Shown here piece by piece: positions 58,426 through 60,456 of a stretch of 60,456 bases of DNA (its first letter is position 1; each line of letters opens with the position of its first letter). A program made the translations under genes and the position numbers. The notes beneath the pieces are model-generated. The model saw only the letters and a list, made by a program, of their open reading frames with translations. It was not told where the DNA came from and did no database searches. This stretch comes from an uncultured archaeon (GTDB lineage Archaea; Thermoproteota; EX4484-205; JAAOZP01). Where the stretch lies: the NCBI GenBank assembly GCA_938045545.1, contig CALIBN010000011.1, forward strand, positions 1 through 60,456, written 5' to 3'.

Positions 58426-59359
58426 TTCGTCTTTTCCTCCTTTCCTCATCTATTAACTTTATTTGTTTGAACTTATTTATATGCTCCTCTCTTTCTGACC
58501 CTATCTCTTCTATGAATTTCAAATGATCCTCTTCAGGAAGATAAAAACGAAAAGAAGGACTACTATGCCGTCCGGGAACCTTTTCCTTATCGTATATACC
58601 AGTCTCACCAGGATGAAATACTAACTATATAAGCATCTCTTTTAATTCTTCCAATCCCTCTCTACAAGTTGAGGATATACTAATACTATGAGAAACCCCT
58701 GTGAAAGTAACATTTCCGTCCCCAGAGAAGAAGCCCCTCAAATATGCTCTTTTATCTTCCTCATCAAGGTATTTCGTGGGCGGGTGGAATTCATAATGTT
58801 CCGGTCCCTTAATATCGAAACTCCAGAGATCGTAAGCGACTTTCTTGCTGTACACAACTTCCTCATAGTGTTGTTCCTTCCCTCCACGAGCCTTGTGGTG
58901 CCCGATGTAATGGTGCGGGGTTATCCTGTAAGTTTCTTCAAATAATTTGTCAAAAACCTCAGCAAGCTCCCGGTCGTTTGTTTTAAGGTGTATTTTGTAA
59001 ATGGTGCTCTTACCCTCCCTCTCTTGATATTTAGAAATGCTTCCATCCGCAGCTATTAGGCCGCACAGCTCTGCTCTTCCAGGACCGAATATCTCCCTAA
59101 CTCCTTTCTCGGACACTTCCAGGTTCATTCCATGGCTCAGCTTGAAGGCAACCCTGTCCTCCTCAACCCTGGCTTCAGAAAAGATCCCGGCGACCTTGCC
59201 GCTTTTAAGCAGCTCGTATCCGCCGCCCCCGGCTTCGCGAACCTCGTATTCCCCAAAGGTGCCTGCAACATGAAAGGTATCCTCTTCTCTTTCTCCGCGT
59301 GCCTGCTCTCCCCCGTAAAAACGTCTCTCGTACTGCCTTACTCTTGAGCCGCTGCCCAT
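58415..59359 (-). pseudogene. LAGLIDADG endonuclease, copy 2, in-frame TAG at 58625-58627
   Basis: AELCGLIAADGS and AYLRGFFSGDGNV. Past the stop the frame continues LVFHPGE...LPEEDHLKFIEEIGS...NEI*, matching the copy 1 C-terminus. Confidence 0.85.
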
Positions 59360-60456
59360 CTATTTCGTCCTCGACAAAGCTCTCTTCATGTCGAGAAGGT
59401 TGTGGAGAATAAGCGTCTTAAGGCCGGGTTCTTTATTACTGAGCATCAGGTCGATCATCTCCTGGGGCATTAACCCTTTGCAGACTTCGCAATCACATTC
59501 TTCAAACCGGATTTCAGGGTCTCTAAGGTCATACGACCAGCCGTCCTTAAAATAGCATCCGTGTCTGGCTTCTAGAAACCAAGAAAGGTTGCTGTAGCCA
59601 CCTATCTCCTTGTGCTTAAGCCTGTGGCCAACGCCATAGATCAGTAGCTCGAGATCCCTTTTCGTTTTCTTAGAGACCCACTTAAAGCTCATGAGGATTC
59701 CGGGTAAAAAGTCACCGAGCAGGTTATCCTCCAACAGTTCTCTAGCGGGCATAGCGAAGGAAACGTAGCCCATCTCAGCCTGCCTCCTAATGGTCCAGTC
59801 GATTTGAAGTGGGTTGGCGCCCTTGATTAAGCCTATCAGCGGGATGTCAAGCTTAAGGAAGTCGTTTGCTAGAGAAACGAGCTTTACGGTCTGAGACCAG
59901 GATAGAAAAAGCGGGTCATCTACGTACGTGTAGTTATCGGGTATCGTTGTAGCGTCAGGTCTAAGGTCGTTAATCAGCTTGAAATAGTCTTCAATTCTCA
60001 ACTTGTCGAGAAGTTCGTCGGGCATGGCTAGCGATAGGAAAATCCTGCCATCGAATCCTAGAAGGTCATGTAGACCTTTAGAAGAGGCCTTCTTCAGAAT
60101 TTCTTCGTTAGCCAACAACTGCCAGAGGGGGATGAAGATCTCCGGTAACTCGACGCCATGCTTCCAGAACCATGACCTACTATCAGCAATATCTATCTCA
60201 GGCACGAACCTTTGAAAACTAATCTTAGCCAAGGGCTTCTTGCCTAAAGATGGAGTTTGAACCGAGACTCTATTCTTGTTCTTAACTGGGCAGTAGGGTC
60301 TGAGTATGCAGAAAAACCTTGGGAAGGTTATCCCGGTGTATTGAAAACCCCTCTGGCACTGGGCCACGAGACACATCTTAAAAGAGCAACCGCGGCAAAG
60401 CCTTAAAAAGAAATAGTAACAATCCTTGCAGCCGTCAAAGCCACACCACCCTTTCC
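59360..60456 (-). CDS. TGT-fold protein with Cys-rich N-terminus, copy 2 (start just beyond the window)
   Basis: Paralogue of 31066-32151 (GLHDLLGFDG, PDNYTY.D.P, CDCEVC...HNL). The frame stays open to the window edge: KGWCGFDGCKDCYYFFLRLCRGCSFKMCLV. Confidence 0.7.
   Translation of the reverse strand, partial: KGWCGFDGCKDCYYFFLRLCRGCSFKMCLVAQCQRGFQYTGITFPRFFCILRPYCPVKNKNRVSVQTPSLGKKPLAKISFQRFVPEIDIADSRSWFWKHGVELPEIFIPLWQLLANEEILKKASSKGLHDLLGFDGRIFLSLAMPDELLDKLRIEDYFKLINDLRPDATTIPDNYTYVDDPLFLSWSQTVKLVSLANDFLKLDIPLIGLIKGANPLQIDWTIRRQAEMGYVSFAMPARELLEDNLLGDFLPGILMSFKWVSKKTKRDLELLIYGVGHRLKHKEIGGYSNLSWFLEARHGCYFKDGWSYDLRDPEIRFEECDCEVCKGLMPQEMIDLMLSNKEPGLKTLILHNLLDMKRALSRTK

Larger units (their letters stand above)
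57717..60456 (-). mobile_element. Second TGT-like/LAGLIDADG/unknown module at the tRNA-iMet 3' end (distal boundary outside the window)
   Basis: Same three genes, order and orientation relative to the tRNA as 30898-33773. Confidence 0.65.

Noticed and set aside
24998-58627. Four in-frame TAG codons in accessory genes (24998, 27668, 30180, 58625) suggesting amber or pyrrolysine readthrough
   Set aside because: Two of these genes also carry a TAA or frameshifts, the positions correspond to different expected residues (W, Y, D/E-like), core genes such as ino1, psmA, rrp4 and eno end in TAG, and no pyl genes are in the window. Pseudogenisation is the simpler explanation.
1-60456. CRISPR array or cas genes
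   Set aside because: No regularly spaced repeats with unique spacers and no Cas motifs were seen.

Overview
Archaeal chromosome segment, probably a TACK-superphylum lineage outside the Thermoprotei because it encodes both a PolB1-type polymerase and the PolD small subunit. The backbone is housekeeping: pcm, ino1, polB1, the Pop5/proteasome/exosome/L37ae/Pcc1/prefoldin superoperon, an ECF transporter, DP1, Sec61beta, Alba, RPA, MtaB, AhcY, aIF2beta, aIF1A, Rio1, Dim2, Top6B, enolase and HerA/NurA. Several accessory insertions interrupt it. (1) A ~2 kb nuclease/partner cassette lies between pop5 and psmA, flanked by a degenerate 20-bp repeat. (2) A decaying island (23.2-30.8 kb) carries several pseudogenes and an AbiE-like toxin-antitoxin pair. 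(3) A 9.5 kb integrated plasmid/virus-like element (tyrosine integrase, MCM, two RHH proteins, Type IIG R-M, two coiled-coil surface proteins) sits in the 3' end of herA, bounded by a 13-bp att repeat. (4) The main candidate for an undescribed system is an integrase-less three-gene module present twice: a Cys-rich TGT-fold protein, a stand-alone double-motif LAGLIDADG nuclease with a conserved MG-G-S N-terminal extension, and an unknown ~225-aa protein. Each copy abuts the 3' end of a different tRNA gene (Ala-CGC, with a 52-bp att repeat, and initiator Met). In the second copy the nuclease has a nonsense codon and the third gene carries an in-place 286-bp inversion. All calls come from reading motifs by eye; no database searches were run.
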